Of a stretch of DNA of 64,000 nt, positions 1 through 9,527 are shown in pieces (the stretch's first letter is position 1; each line of letters starts with the position of its first letter). The DNA is from an uncultured Acidobacteriota bacterium (GTDB lineage: Bacteria; Acidobacteriota; Thermoanaerobaculia; Multivoradales; JBCCEF01), in NCBI GenBank assembly GCA_963843275.1, contig CAWJJM010000012.1:623753-687752 (forward strand). The letters run 5' to 3'. A program made the position numbers and the translations under genes. The notes beneath the pieces were generated by a model. That model did no database searches, was not told the DNA's origin, and saw only the letters and a program-made list of their open reading frames with translations.

Positions 1-75
1 CGTAGGGACGGGTGGGTCGCGGGTTGCCGTAGGATGGGCGCCACACATGGATCGTTCGAGGGGCGGAGGGTCGCG

Positions 76-702
76 ATGAGCAAGACATGGGTCGTGGGCT
101 GCGCGGTGGTGGTGGCGATCGTGCTCCTGGTCGGCGTGGTGCTGGGGGTGGCGGTGGTGGGGACCTACAACCGCCTGGTCTCCCAGCAGCAGACCGTCGA
201 GGCGCAATGGGCGCAGGTCGAGAACGTCTACCAGCGGCGGGCGGACCTGGTGCCGAACCTGGTGTCGACGGTGCGCGGCGCCGCCAACTTCGAGCGCCAG
301 ACCCTCGACGAGGTGGTCGAGGCGCGGGCGAAGGTCGGCCAGCTCAACGTCTCCCCGGAGATCCTCAGCGACCCGCAGGCCTTCCGCCGCTTCGAGCAGG
401 CCCAGGACTCGCTGTCGTCCGCCCTGTCGCGGCTGATGGTGGTCGTCGAGCGCTACCCGCAGCTGCAGGCGGTGGCGGCCTTCCGCGACCTGATGGTGCA
501 GCTCGAGGGCACCGAGAACCGGATCGCGGTCGAGCGGCGCCGGTTCAACGTGGACGCGCGGGACTTCAACGCGGCGGTGCGCCGCGTGCCGGCGGTGTGG
601 TTGATCTCGCTGCTGGGGTGGGACTTCCCGCCCAAGGAGTACTTCAAGAGCCAGCCGGGCGCGGAGCAGGCGCCCACCGTCGACTTCGGCGCCCCGCAGT
701 AG
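76..702 (+). CDS. lemA: LemA family membrane protein
   Basis: In ORF 34..702. The internal ATG at 76 precedes one TM helix (WVVGCAVVVAIVLLVGVVLGVAVV). This is followed by LemA-type motifs (YNRLV, VEAQWAQVENVYQRRADLVPNLV, ERRRFN). Confidence 0.85.
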   Translation: MSKTWVVGCAVVVAIVLLVGVVLGVAVVGTYNRLVSQQQTVEAQWAQVENVYQRRADLVPNLVSTVRGAANFERQTLDEVVEARAKVGQLNVSPEILSDPQAFRRFEQAQDSLSSALSRLMVVVERYPQLQAVAAFRDLMVQLEGTENRIAVERRRFNVDARDFNAAVRRVPAVWLISLLGWDFPPKEYFKSQPGAEQAPTVDFGAPQ

Positions 703-718
703 CGCGGCGCGCCCGCCG

Positions 719-740
719 CCCGCCGGCCACGGCCGGCGGG
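719..740 (+). terminator. GC-rich hairpin 16 nt after the lemA stop (possible U-less terminator or processing site)
   Basis: CCCGCCGGCC-AC-GGCCGGCGGG, 10-nt inverted arms read directly. No T tract follows, so the function is uncertain. Confidence 0.25.
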
Positions 741-786
741 TCGCGGCCCGACGTTTCCGTCGTTGCATTCGTACGAACACCCGAGC

Positions 787-2028
787 ATGCCGTTCGTCTC
801 CGTCCCCCGCCGCCTGGCCGGCCTGGCGCTCGCCGCGCTGGCGGCCGCCGGCTGCGCGGGGGCGGGGGCCGAGGTGCCCGCCGCGGCGCCGGCCGCCGGG
901 CCGCCGGTGGTCCGCCGCGGCGACCTCACCCGCCGCGTGCTGCTGACCGGTGAGCTGCGCGCCGCCCGGGCCCGCGACCTGGTGGTGCCCCGGGCGCCGA
1001 CCTGGCGGGTGCAGATCCGCTGGCTGGAGGAGGACGGGGCCGAGGTCGCGGCCGGGCAGAAGGTGGTCGAGTTCGACTCCAGCGAGTTCACCAGCGATCT
1101 CGAGGAGAAGCGCCTGGCACTGGGGGAGAAGGAGAACGAGCTCGCCCGCAGCCGCGCCCGCGGCGAGATCGACGAAGCGGAGAAGGCCTTCGCCCTCGAG
1201 GGGAAGCGGACGGCGCTGGAGAAGGCCGAGAGCCGCGCCGACGTTCCGGAGGAGCTGTTGTCGGCACGCGAGCTCCAGGACCGGCGGCTCGAGCTGGAGC
1301 GGGCCCGCATCGAGCTCGACAAGGCCGCCGAGGCGCTGGAGGCCGCCCGCGCCGCCCACGCGGCCGAGCGCGACATCCAGCGGATCGCCGTCGACGGAGC
1401 CCGGCGCGAGATCGCCGTCGCCGAGCGGGCGCTGGCCGAGCTGACCCTCACCGCGCCCGAGAGCGGCATCTTCGTCGTCGAGTCCTCTCCGTGGGAGAGC
1501 GCGCGCAAGCTCCAGGAGGGCGACATGGTCTTCATCGGGATGACGGTGGGGCGCCTGCCCGAGCTCGCCTCGATGCAGGTCGAGGCGGTGCTGTGGGACG
1601 TCGACGAGGGCCGGGTCGGGCCCGGGATGCAGGCCACCTGCACCCTCGACGCCTACCCCGACCGCGCCTACCCGTGCCACCTGGTGCGGGTCGCCCCGGT
1701 GGCGCGCGAGGACGAGTGGTCGCGGCAGCTGCGCTACTTCGCCGTCGACGTGGCCCTCGACGAGCACGACCCCGCACGGATGCGCCCCGGGATGTCGGTC
1801 AAGGTGGAGGTGACCACCGACCACCTCGCCGACGCGCTGCTGGTTCCGCGGGTGGCGCTCGACCGCGAGGCCCGCCCGCCGCGCGCCCGGCGGGCGGACG
1901 GGGGCTGGAGCGAGGTGGCCCTCGGGCCGTGCGACACACAGGAGTGCGTGGTGGTGTCCGGCCTGGGCGAGGGGGAGCGGTTGGCGCCGGCGGTCCCGGC
2001 GGCCGCGCCCGGGGAGGCGGGGCGGTGA
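787..2028 (+). CDS. HlyD/MacA-type periplasmic adaptor (membrane-fusion protein), copy 1, probable lipoprotein
   Basis: ORF 763..2028 opens with TTG. The first ATG at 787 gives MPFVSVPRRLAGLALAALAAAGC, a signal plus lipobox-like Cys. A long Glu/Arg/Ala coiled-coil (EKRLALGEKENELARSRARGEIDEAEKAF...) sits between beta-rich segments, as in HlyD-family adaptors. Confidence 0.8.
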   Translation: MPFVSVPRRLAGLALAALAAAGCAGAGAEVPAAAPAAGPPVVRRGDLTRRVLLTGELRAARARDLVVPRAPTWRVQIRWLEEDGAEVAAGQKVVEFDSSEFTSDLEEKRLALGEKENELARSRARGEIDEAEKAFALEGKRTALEKAESRADVPEELLSARELQDRRLELERARIELDKAAEALEAARAAHAAERDIQRIAVDGARREIAVAERALAELTLTAPESGIFVVESSPWESARKLQEGDMVFIGMTVGRLPELASMQVEAVLWDVDEGRVGPGMQATCTLDAYPDRAYPCHLVRVAPVAREDEWSRQLRYFAVDVALDEHDPARMRPGMSVKVEVTTDHLADALLVPRVALDREARPPRARRADGGWSEVALGPCDTQECVVVSGLGEGERLAPAVPAAAPGEAGR

Positions 2029-3266
2029 GCCGGCGACGCGCCCTGCTGCGCGGCGCCGTGGCGGCCCTCGGCGCCGTGGCGCTGGCGGCGCTGTGGCTGC
2101 TGGCGGGAAGCCCCACCTTCGGCCTCGGCCCCGCCCCCGGCGCGGGCGACCTGCGGATCGAGCGGGGCGACCTGGTGGTCGCCGTGGAGGTGGCGGGGAC
2201 GCTGCGCTCGACCGGCTCGCAGCTTCTCGGGCCACCGCAGATCCCGATGATGTGGAACTACAAGATCGCCTTCCTGGCTCCGGAGGGGACCGAGGTGGCG
2301 GCGGGAACGCCGGTGCTGCGTTTCGACACCTCCGACCTCGAGCGGCGGCTGCTCGAGAAGGTCGCCGAACGGGACCAGGCCGAGACCGAGGTCGAGAAGC
2401 GGCGCATCGAGCTCGAGGCGACCCTGCGCGACGCCGAGCTGCAGCTCGCCGAAGCGCGCGCCCGCCTGCGCCGGGCCCGGCTCGAGACCGACGTGCCGGA
2501 GGGGTTGACCGCCGCCAAGGAGCTGCTGGAGTCCCGGCTCGACCGCCGTCTCGCCGAGCGCGAGGTGGCGTCGCTGACGGCCCGGCTCGAGCTCGAGGAG
2601 CGCGCCGGCCGTTCCGAGGTCGCGGCGCTCGTCGAGAAGCGCGACCGCGCCGCGGCCCGGGTGGCGGAGATCCAGCAGCAGATCCAGCGCATGACGGTCG
2701 CCGCGCCGCGCCCCGGGACGGTGATCTACGTCGGCGACTGGCAGGGCGAGAAGGCGAAGGTCGGCGATCAGGTGTGGCAGGGGCGCAAGATCCTCGAGAT
2801 CCCGGACCTGGCGTCGATGGAGGCCGAGGGGCGGGTGGACGAGGCCGACGCCGGCCGGTTGGCGGCGGGCCAGCCGGTGACGCTGCGCCTCGACGCCCAC
2901 CCCCAGGTCGAGTACCGCGGCACGGTGGAGGAGATCGAAAAGACGGTGAAGCGCCGGGAGCAGGGGCCGCCGATCAAGGAGGTCTCGCTGGTCATCGCCC
3001 TCGAGTCCACCGACACCGCGCGCATGCGGCCGGGGATGCGGTTCCAGGGCGAGGTGGAGGTCGAGCGGGCGCGCGACGTGGTGCTGGCGCCCGCCGACGC
3101 CGTCCGCTCCACCGCGGCGGGCCCGCGCGCCTGGCGGCGCTCGCCGTGGGGCGCCGAGCCGGTGTCCCTCGAGGTCGGCCGCCGCAACGAGCGCTTCGTC
3201 GAAGTCGTCGCGGGGCTGTCCGAGGGCGACCGCCTGGTCCCTCCGCCGCGGGAGGAGGCGCCATGA
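2025..3266 (+). CDS. HlyD/MacA-type periplasmic adaptor, copy 2
   Basis: GTG 2025 overlaps the upstream stop (GTGA), in the frame of ORF 1491..3266. It has a TM anchor (ALLRGAVAALGAVALAALWLLAG), a coiled-coil hairpin region and a C-terminal beta-barrel segment. It is a paralog of the flanking adaptors. Confidence 0.8.
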   Translation: MSRRRALLRGAVAALGAVALAALWLLAGSPTFGLGPAPGAGDLRIERGDLVVAVEVAGTLRSTGSQLLGPPQIPMMWNYKIAFLAPEGTEVAAGTPVLRFDTSDLERRLLEKVAERDQAETEVEKRRIELEATLRDAELQLAEARARLRRARLETDVPEGLTAAKELLESRLDRRLAEREVASLTARLELEERAGRSEVAALVEKRDRAAARVAEIQQQIQRMTVAAPRPGTVIYVGDWQGEKAKVGDQVWQGRKILEIPDLASMEAEGRVDEADAGRLAAGQPVTLRLDAHPQVEYRGTVEEIEKTVKRREQGPPIKEVSLVIALESTDTARMRPGMRFQGEVEVERARDVVLAPADAVRSTAAGPRAWRRSPWGAEPVSLEVGRRNERFVEVVAGLSEGDRLVPPPREEAP

Positions 3267-4546
3267 GGGCGCGCGGCGGCTGGGGACTGGCCGCGGTCGG
3301 GGTGGCCCTGGCGGTCGGGGTGGCGCTGCCCCGGGGCGGGGGGGACGGCGCCGCCGCCGTCCCGACCACCCGGGTCGAGCCGCAGCGCTTCGTGCGCCGC
3401 GTCGCGGCCGAGGGCACGCTGGAGGCGGTGGAATCGACGCCGATCTCGCTGCCGCCGACGGTGCGCCAGCCGATGCGGGTCGCCTGGATGGCGCCGGACG
3501 GCAGCCGCGTCCACACCGGAGATCCGCTGATCCGTTTCGACCCGACGGAGATGGAGAAGGAGCTGGTCGACGCCCGCGATGCGCGCCGCACCGCCGACCT
3601 GAAGCTCGAGCGCGCCGCGGCCGAGCGCGAGAGCGCGCTGTCCGGCCTCGACCGGGACGCCCGTCTGGCCCGCCTCGAGCTCGACGACGCCCGCCACTAC
3701 CAGAAGAAGGACGAGCTGATCTTCTCCCGGCACGAGATCGTCAGCTCGCAGATCGACGAGGAGCTCGCCGGCGAGCGGCTGGACCACGCCCGCGGGGCGC
3801 GCCACAGCCGCGAGCGCGTCGCCGCGGCGGAGGCCGACCTGCTCGCCATCGAGAGGCGCCGGGCGGACCAGAAGATCGGCCAGGCCCGCGAGGGTCTCGA
3901 GGCGCTGGAGATCACCGCCCCGCACGACGGCCTGATCCTGTTCCAGCGCGACTGGCGGGGCGAGCTGCGCGTGGGCGACACCGTCTTCCGCGGCCAGACG
4001 CTCGGCGAGATCCCCGACCTCGGAACGATGCAGGCGGAGGTCTACGTGCTGGAGGCCGACGCCGGCGGCCTGGCGGTGGGGCAGCCGGCGCGGGTGGTGG
4101 TCGAGGCGCACCCGGAGACCCGGTACGGGGCGCGGGTGGCGCGGGTCGACGCGCTCGCCAAGCCGCGGCTGCGCGGTTCCCCGGTCCAGTACTTCGCCGT
4201 CACCCTCGAGCTCGGGCGCACCGTGCCGGAGGTGATGAAGCCGGGCCAGCGCGTGCGGGCGTCGATCGAGCTCGGCGACCTCCGCGACGTCCTGGTGGTG
4301 CCGCGGCAGGCCGTGGTGCAGCAGGAGGGGACGCCGCACGTCTACCGGAGCGCCGCCGGCGGCGGCTTCGAGCCGGTCGAGGTGGTGCTCGGCCCCGCGG
4401 CGATGGGCCGGGTGGTGGTCGAGCGCGGACTGGCGGCCGGCGACGTGGTGGCGCTGGTCGATCCGCGCCGCGCCGCCGCGCCGGAGGAGGAGGGCGGCGA
4501 CGGCGGGGGCCTGGAGATGCCGTCCCCCGCGGGGGGCGGGCGGTGA
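3263..4546 (+). CDS. HlyD/MacA-type periplasmic adaptor, copy 3
   Basis: ATG 3263 overlaps the upstream stop (ATGA), in the frame of ORF 2093..4546. It has a signal/anchor (GWGLAAVGVALAVGVALP) and a coiled-coil region. The lipoyl-like and barrel motifs (LEITAPHDGLILF, MKPGQRVRASIEL) parallel copies 1 and 2. Confidence 0.8.
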   Translation: MRARGGWGLAAVGVALAVGVALPRGGGDGAAAVPTTRVEPQRFVRRVAAEGTLEAVESTPISLPPTVRQPMRVAWMAPDGSRVHTGDPLIRFDPTEMEKELVDARDARRTADLKLERAAAERESALSGLDRDARLARLELDDARHYQKKDELIFSRHEIVSSQIDEELAGERLDHARGARHSRERVAAAEADLLAIERRRADQKIGQAREGLEALEITAPHDGLILFQRDWRGELRVGDTVFRGQTLGEIPDLGTMQAEVYVLEADAGGLAVGQPARVVVEAHPETRYGARVARVDALAKPRLRGSPVQYFAVTLELGRTVPEVMKPGQRVRASIELGDLRDVLVVPRQAVVQQEGTPHVYRSAAGGGFEPVEVVLGPAAMGRVVVERGLAAGDVVALVDPRRAAAPEEEGGDGGGLEMPSPAGGGR

Positions 4547-5778
4547 GGCTGGGCGAGGCGCTGGGAGCGGCGGTCGACAACCTGCGCGCCCACAAGCTGC
4601 GCTCCGCGCTCACCATGCTCGGCATGCTGTTCGGGGTGGGGGCGGTCATCGCCATGCTGGCGATCGGCGCCGGGGCCGAGCGCCAGGCGCTGGGGATGAT
4701 CGAGAGCCTGGGCCTGCGCAACGTCCTGGTGCGCGCGCGGAGCTTCAAGCACGACGAGCTGGCGGAGATCCGCAAGAAGTCGCCCGGGGTGGCGCTGCGC
4801 GACATCACCGCCCTGCGGGAGGGCGTGCCGGGGGTGTCGCTGGCGGTGCCGCGGGTCTTGGTGGAGACCTACAAGGTGATCTCCGCCGGCGGGCGTGCCA
4901 CGCCCCGCGTCTACGGTGTCTCCCACACGCAGGCGGAGCTGGCCGGCCTCGACCTCGCCGAGGGGCGGTTCTTCGACGCCGCCGACGAGCGCGCCCACGC
5001 CCAGGTCGCCGTGATCGGCGAGGAGGTGCGCCGCCAGCTCTTCGGCTTCGGTCCGGCGATCGGGCAGGACCTGAAGATCAACGAGGTGTGGATAGAGGTG
5101 GTGGGGGTGCTGGGGTCGGGCGGCGCCACCGCCGACAGCTTCCAGGGCGTCTCGCTGGGCTCCCCCGGCACCGAGGTGTACGTGCCGGTGACCACCGCCC
5201 TGCGCAAGTTCGCGCACGATCCGCTCGAGTCGCCGCTGTCGGAGATCGTGGTGCGGCTCGACGCGGGGGTGTCGGCGCGGGGCGCGGCCCGCCTGATCGA
5301 GGAGCTGCTCGACCGCCTCCACGCCGGCGCCGACGACTTCGAGCTCGTGGTGCCCGAGGCGCTGCTCGAGCAGAGCCGGCGCACCCAGCGTCTGTTCAAC
5401 CTGGTGATGGGGTTCATCGCCGGCATCTCCCTGCTGGTGGGCGGCATCGGGATCATGAACATCATGCTCGCCACCGTCCTCGAGCGCACCCGCGAGATCG
5501 GGGTGCGCCGGGCGGTGGGGGCGCGGCGCCGCGACGTGCGCTTCCAGTTCATCGTCGAGTCGTTCGCGATCAGCCTCTTCGGAGGCGTCGCCGGCATCCT
5601 GATGGGTCTCGCCATCGCCCGCGGCGTCGCCGCCTGGGCCGGCTGGGAGACCGTCGTCACCGCCGGCTCGATCGTGCTCGCCACCGGGGTCGCCATGACC
5701 GTCGGCCTGGTCTCCGGCATCTACCCCGCCGTCCGCGCCGCCCGCCTCGATCCGATCGAGGCGCTGCGCCACGAGTAG
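4543..5778 (+). CDS. MacB/FtsX-type ABC transporter permease (no fused ATPase domain)
   Basis: GTG 4543 overlaps the upstream stop (GTGA). It has an N-terminal TM (LRSALTMLGMLFGVGAVIAMLAIG) and a large periplasmic domain. The C-terminal FtsX bundle carries GGIGIMNIMLATVLERTREIGVRRAVGA. No Walker motifs are present. Confidence 0.85.
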   Translation: MRLGEALGAAVDNLRAHKLRSALTMLGMLFGVGAVIAMLAIGAGAERQALGMIESLGLRNVLVRARSFKHDELAEIRKKSPGVALRDITALREGVPGVSLAVPRVLVETYKVISAGGRATPRVYGVSHTQAELAGLDLAEGRFFDAADERAHAQVAVIGEEVRRQLFGFGPAIGQDLKINEVWIEVVGVLGSGGATADSFQGVSLGSPGTEVYVPVTTALRKFAHDPLESPLSEIVVRLDAGVSARGAARLIEELLDRLHAGADDFELVVPEALLEQSRRTQRLFNLVMGFIAGISLLVGGIGIMNIMLATVLERTREIGVRRAVGARRRDVRFQFIVESFAISLFGGVAGILMGLAIARGVAAWAGWETVVTAGSIVLATGVAMTVGLVSGIYPAVRAARLDPIEALRHE

Positions 5779-5895
5779 CGGCGCACCCGACGTCGCGGCG
5801 GCGGCCGCCGGTCGCTAGAATTCGGAGGACGCCCTCCTCGCGCCGCCCCGCCGGCGGCCGGCGGCGGGGCGCGACATCCGACGGGAGGTGCCGCC

Positions 5896-7623
5896 GTGGC
5901 CGTTTCGAGCTTCCTCCAGTCCCCGCCCCAGCTCGGCAACCAGTACCGCGACGACCGCATGCTGCGCTCCTACCTGGCGCGCGCCCTCCCGCCCGAGGTG
6001 CGCGCCGAGATCGAGCCCGAGCTCGACGCGATGGGCGAGCTCGCCGGGGGCGAGCTCTACCGGCTGCAGCTCGCCGACCGGGAGAACGAGCCGCGGCTGG
6101 TGCGCTGGGGCCCCTGGGGCGAGCGCCGCGACGAGATCCTCCCCACCGCCCTGTGGCGCCGCGCCGAGCGACTGGCCGCCGAGCGCGGCCTGGTGGCCAC
6201 CGCCTACGAGCGCCGCCACGGCCGCCTGTCGCGGCTCCACCAGTTCGCCCTGATCTACCTGTTCACCGCTTCGACCGACGTCTACTCGTGCCCGCTGGCG
6301 ATGACCGACGGCGCCGCCCGCACCCTGCGGGCGCACGGCAACCGCTCCCTGCTCGACCGCGCGCTGCCGCACCTGACCAGCCGCGACCCGGCGACCTTCT
6401 GGACCTCGGGACAGTGGATGACCGAGACCACCGGCGGCTCCGACGTGGGGCGCAGCGAGACGGTGGCGCGGCGCGAGGGCGGCACCTGGCGCCTCTACGG
6501 CCGCAAGTGGTTCACCTCGGCGGCGGCGTCGCAGATGGCCCTGACCCTCGCCCGGCCCGAGGGCAACGGCCCGGGCGGGAGCGGCCTGGCGCTGTTCTAC
6601 CTCGAGACCCGCGACGCCGAGGGGCGGCTGCAGGGGATCACCATCGACCGGCTGAAGGACAAGCTCGGCACCCGCAAGCTGCCCACCGCCGAGCTCACCC
6701 TCGACGGCACGCCGGCCGAGCCGGTCGCCGGCACCGAGGACGGGGTGCGCCACATGGTGCCGATGCTGGTGCTGACCCGCGCCTGGAACGGCGCCTCGGC
6801 GATCTCCTTCATGCGCCGCGGCGTGGCGCTGGCCCGCGACTACGCGCGCCGCCGGGTCGCCTTCGGCGCCCCGCTGGCGCAGAAGCCGCTGCACCTCGAC
6901 ACCCTGGCGGCGCTGCAGGCCGAGCTGGAGGGCGCTTTCCACCTGGTCTTCCGGGTGGCCGACCTGCTGGGGCGCGACGAGGGGGACGAGCTCGACGACG
7001 ACGGCGCCCGCCTGCTGCGCCTGCTCACCCCGCTCGCCAAGCTCACCACCGGCCGGCAGGCGGTGGCGGTGTCCAGCGAGGTGCTGGAGGCCTTCGGCGG
7101 CGCCGGCTACGTGGAGGACACCGGGCTGCCGATGCTGCTGCGCGACAGCCAGGTGCTGTCGATCTGGGAGGGGACCACCAACGTCCTCGCCCTCGACCTG
7201 CTGCACGCCCTCCTCTCGGGCGACGGCGGCCCCGAGCGCGGCCTCGACACGTTGGCCGGCGAGCTGCGCCGTGCCGCGGCCGCCGCCCACGGCGTGCCGG
7301 AGCTGGCGGCCCCGGCCGGCGCCGCCGCGGCGGCGCTGCGGCGCGCCGGCGAGTGGTTGCAGCGCGCCGGCCGCGAGGGGCACGACGCCCTGGAGGCGGG
7401 CGCCCGCCGCTTCGCGCTGACCCTCGGCCGGGTGTTGGAGACCGCCCTGGTCGTCGAGCACGCCCGCTGGACGCTCGAGCACGAGGGGGACGGCCGCCCC
7501 GCCGCCGCCGCCCGCCGCCTCGCCGCCGCCGGGCTCGACCGCATCGCCGACCCCGACCGCGAGGACGCCCGCGCCCTGGCCGACGACCGGCCGCTGCCGG
7601 CCCGGGCCGGGGCCCGGGGCTGA
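5896..7623 (+). CDS. AidB-like acyl-CoA dehydrogenase family protein
   Basis: GTG 5896 has GGGAGG about 7 nt upstream. The 575-aa product has a long N-terminal extension, the WMTETTGGSDVG motif and a C-terminal helical domain typical of AidB-type ACADs. Confidence 0.8.
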   Translation: MAVSSFLQSPPQLGNQYRDDRMLRSYLARALPPEVRAEIEPELDAMGELAGGELYRLQLADRENEPRLVRWGPWGERRDEILPTALWRRAERLAAERGLVATAYERRHGRLSRLHQFALIYLFTASTDVYSCPLAMTDGAARTLRAHGNRSLLDRALPHLTSRDPATFWTSGQWMTETTGGSDVGRSETVARREGGTWRLYGRKWFTSAAASQMALTLARPEGNGPGGSGLALFYLETRDAEGRLQGITIDRLKDKLGTRKLPTAELTLDGTPAEPVAGTEDGVRHMVPMLVLTRAWNGASAISFMRRGVALARDYARRRVAFGAPLAQKPLHLDTLAALQAELEGAFHLVFRVADLLGRDEGDELDDDGARLLRLLTPLAKLTTGRQAVAVSSEVLEAFGGAGYVEDTGLPMLLRDSQVLSIWEGTTNVLALDLLHALLSGDGGPERGLDTLAGELRRAAAAAHGVPELAAPAGAAAAALRRAGEWLQRAGREGHDALEAGARRFALTLGRVLETALVVEHARWTLEHEGDGRPAAAARRLAAAGLDRIADPDREDARALADDRPLPARAGARG

Positions 7624-7633
7624 GGCGCCGCCC

Positions 7634-8221
7634 TCAGTCGATGCAGGGGAGGCCGAAGGCCGCGGCGCTGCCGGGGTCGACGAACAGGAGCTGCCCGGCC
7701 GCGCTGCGGTAGAGGAGCTTGCCGGCCGCCGGCAGGCGTTCGAGGCCGGGCCAGCGGTGCTCGATCGCGGTGGCCAGGGTGGCGAGCGGGGTCGCCGCGC
7801 CGCCCGGGGACGGCACGGTCACCGAGCGCAGGGGATCGCCGGCTCCGGCTCCGGCGAAGGCGAGGACGGCGCGATCGCCGTCGATCCGCACCGCGGCCTC
7901 CACCTCGCCGCACCAGCCCGCCGGGTCGCTACGCGGCGTCGCCACCGGGGAGCCCAGGACCGCCGCCGCCTCGCGGTGCCCGATGCCGGCTTCGAGGCCG
8001 CGCCAGTGGAAGCGCCCCGCCTCCAGCCGCAGTCCTTCGAGCGGCGCCAGCTCCGCCGGCAGGTCGGCCGCCGCGGCGGGCGCGGCGCGGGGTGTGCTGC
8101 GCGCCGCCGGCGGTGCCAGGGTCGCCGTCCAGACGACGAACGCCAGGCAGGTGGCGCCGACCAGGTGGATCGGCCAGGCGGTCGCGCCGGGGCGGCGGGC
8201 GGTGGAGGACAGGGTGCGCAT
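7634..8221 (-). CDS. hypothetical exported protein
   Basis: The 195-aa ORF has an N-terminal hydrophobic segment (HLVGATCLAFVVWTATLAPPAA). No recognisable domain. It is convergent with the ACAD gene. Confidence 0.4.
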   Translation of the reverse strand: MRTLSSTARRPGATAWPIHLVGATCLAFVVWTATLAPPAARSTPRAAPAAAADLPAELAPLEGLRLEAGRFHWRGLEAGIGHREAAAVLGSPVATPRSDPAGWCGEVEAAVRIDGDRAVLAFAGAGAGDPLRSVTVPSPGGAATPLATLATAIEHRWPGLERLPAAGKLLYRSAAGQLLFVDPGSAAAFGLPCID

Positions 8222-8403
8222 CCACCCGGGGCCTAGGCAAGAGGCGTGCCGCCGGGCGCCGTCCAGCGGCAGCGCCGAGCAGCAGCACGCTGCAGGCTCC
8301 GGCGGAGGGGCGCGTCAGGGCGGTCCGCGCGCGTCGAGCCGATGGCGGAGGGGCGCTCCCGCCGGGCGCGCCGGCGGCGGGGCGGGGCGCCCGGCCGTGC
8401 GGG

Positions 8404-9459
8404 TCAGCCGCGGGCGCGGTCGGCGAAGCGGCGCGCGGAGATCTCGTGGACGGCGTCGACGAACGCCTTGGCGTGCTCCGGGGAGGTCTCCTTGAAGATC
8501 CCGTGGCCGAGGTTGGCGACGTGCGGGCCGCCGGAGCCTTCCTCGACCAGGCGCTCCACCCGGCGCCGGATCTCCGGGATCGGTGCCAGCAGCGCCCCGG
8601 GGTCGAGGTTGCCCTGCAGGGTCTTGCCGGGGCCGACGCGGCGCCGCACCTCGGACAGCGGCAGGCGCCAGTCCACCGACAGCACCTGGACCGGCAGCTC
8701 CGCCGACGCCTCGAGCAGGTGGGGACCGCCGTTGAGGTAGTAGATCAGCGGCACCTCGGGCGCCCGCGCCCGCAGGGCTTCCAGCACCCGCGCCAGGGGC
8801 GGCATGGCGAGGGCGCGCCAGCGCTCCGCGTCGAGCAGGCCGCCCCAGGTGTCGAAGAGCTGGATCCCCTGGGCGCCGGCTTCGATCTGGCGGCCGAGGT
8901 ACTCGATCGAGACCTCGGCGATGCGGTCGAGCAGCTCGCCGAGCCCCTCGGGGTCGGCGTAGCTCCACGCCAGCAGGTGGCCGAACTGCTTCGAGCCGCC
9001 GCCCTCGACGAGGTACGCGGCCAGGGTCCACGGGGTGCCGCCGAAGCCGAGCAGCGGCACCCGCCCGTCGAGCTCGCGGCGCACCAGCCGCATGGCGTCG
9101 AAGACGTAGCCGAGCGTGGCGTCCACGTCGGGCCGGCCGAGGCGGCCGATGTCCTCGCGGCGCCGCACCGGCTGCGGGAAGGTGGGTCCGTCGCCGGCGG
9201 CGAACACCAGCTCGGCGCCCATCGCCTCGAGCGGCAGCAGGATGTCCGCGAACAGGATCGCCGCGTCGACCCCGAGCCGGTCGACGGGCTGCAGGGTCAC
9301 CTCCGCGGCGAGCTCCGGGGTCTTGCACAGGGTGAGGAAGTCCGCCTTGCGGCGCACCTCGCGGTACTCGGGGAGATAGCGGCCGGCCTGGCGCATGATC
9401 CACACGGGAAGGCGCTCGACCGGCTCGCCGCGGCAGGCACGGAGGAAGAGGTCGTTCAT
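8404..9459 (-). CDS. hemE: uroporphyrinogen decarboxylase
   Basis: MNDLFLRACRGEPVERLPVWIMRQAGRYLPEY is the canonical HemE N-terminus. The start was moved from the ORF-track 9495 to the ATG at 9459. Confidence 0.95.
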   Translation of the reverse strand: MNDLFLRACRGEPVERLPVWIMRQAGRYLPEYREVRRKADFLTLCKTPELAAEVTLQPVDRLGVDAAILFADILLPLEAMGAELVFAAGDGPTFPQPVRRREDIGRLGRPDVDATLGYVFDAMRLVRRELDGRVPLLGFGGTPWTLAAYLVEGGGSKQFGHLLAWSYADPEGLGELLDRIAEVSIEYLGRQIEAGAQGIQLFDTWGGLLDAERWRALAMPPLARVLEALRARAPEVPLIYYLNGGPHLLEASAELPVQVLSVDWRLPLSEVRRRVGPGKTLQGNLDPGALLAPIPEIRRRVERLVEEGSGGPHVANLGHGIFKETSPEHAKAFVDAVHEISARRFADRARG

Positions 9460-9527
9460 GACAGCGGGAGGATAGCAGCGCCCGCGGGGGAGCAAACTAT
9501 ACTGCCGGGCGGGGGGAAACGGCCGGG

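Noticed and set aside
9461-9527. A sigma-70 promoter for hutH based on TATACT at 9498-9503.
   Set aside because: No acceptable -35 element lies at 16-18 nt spacing, so it is too weak to report as a feature.
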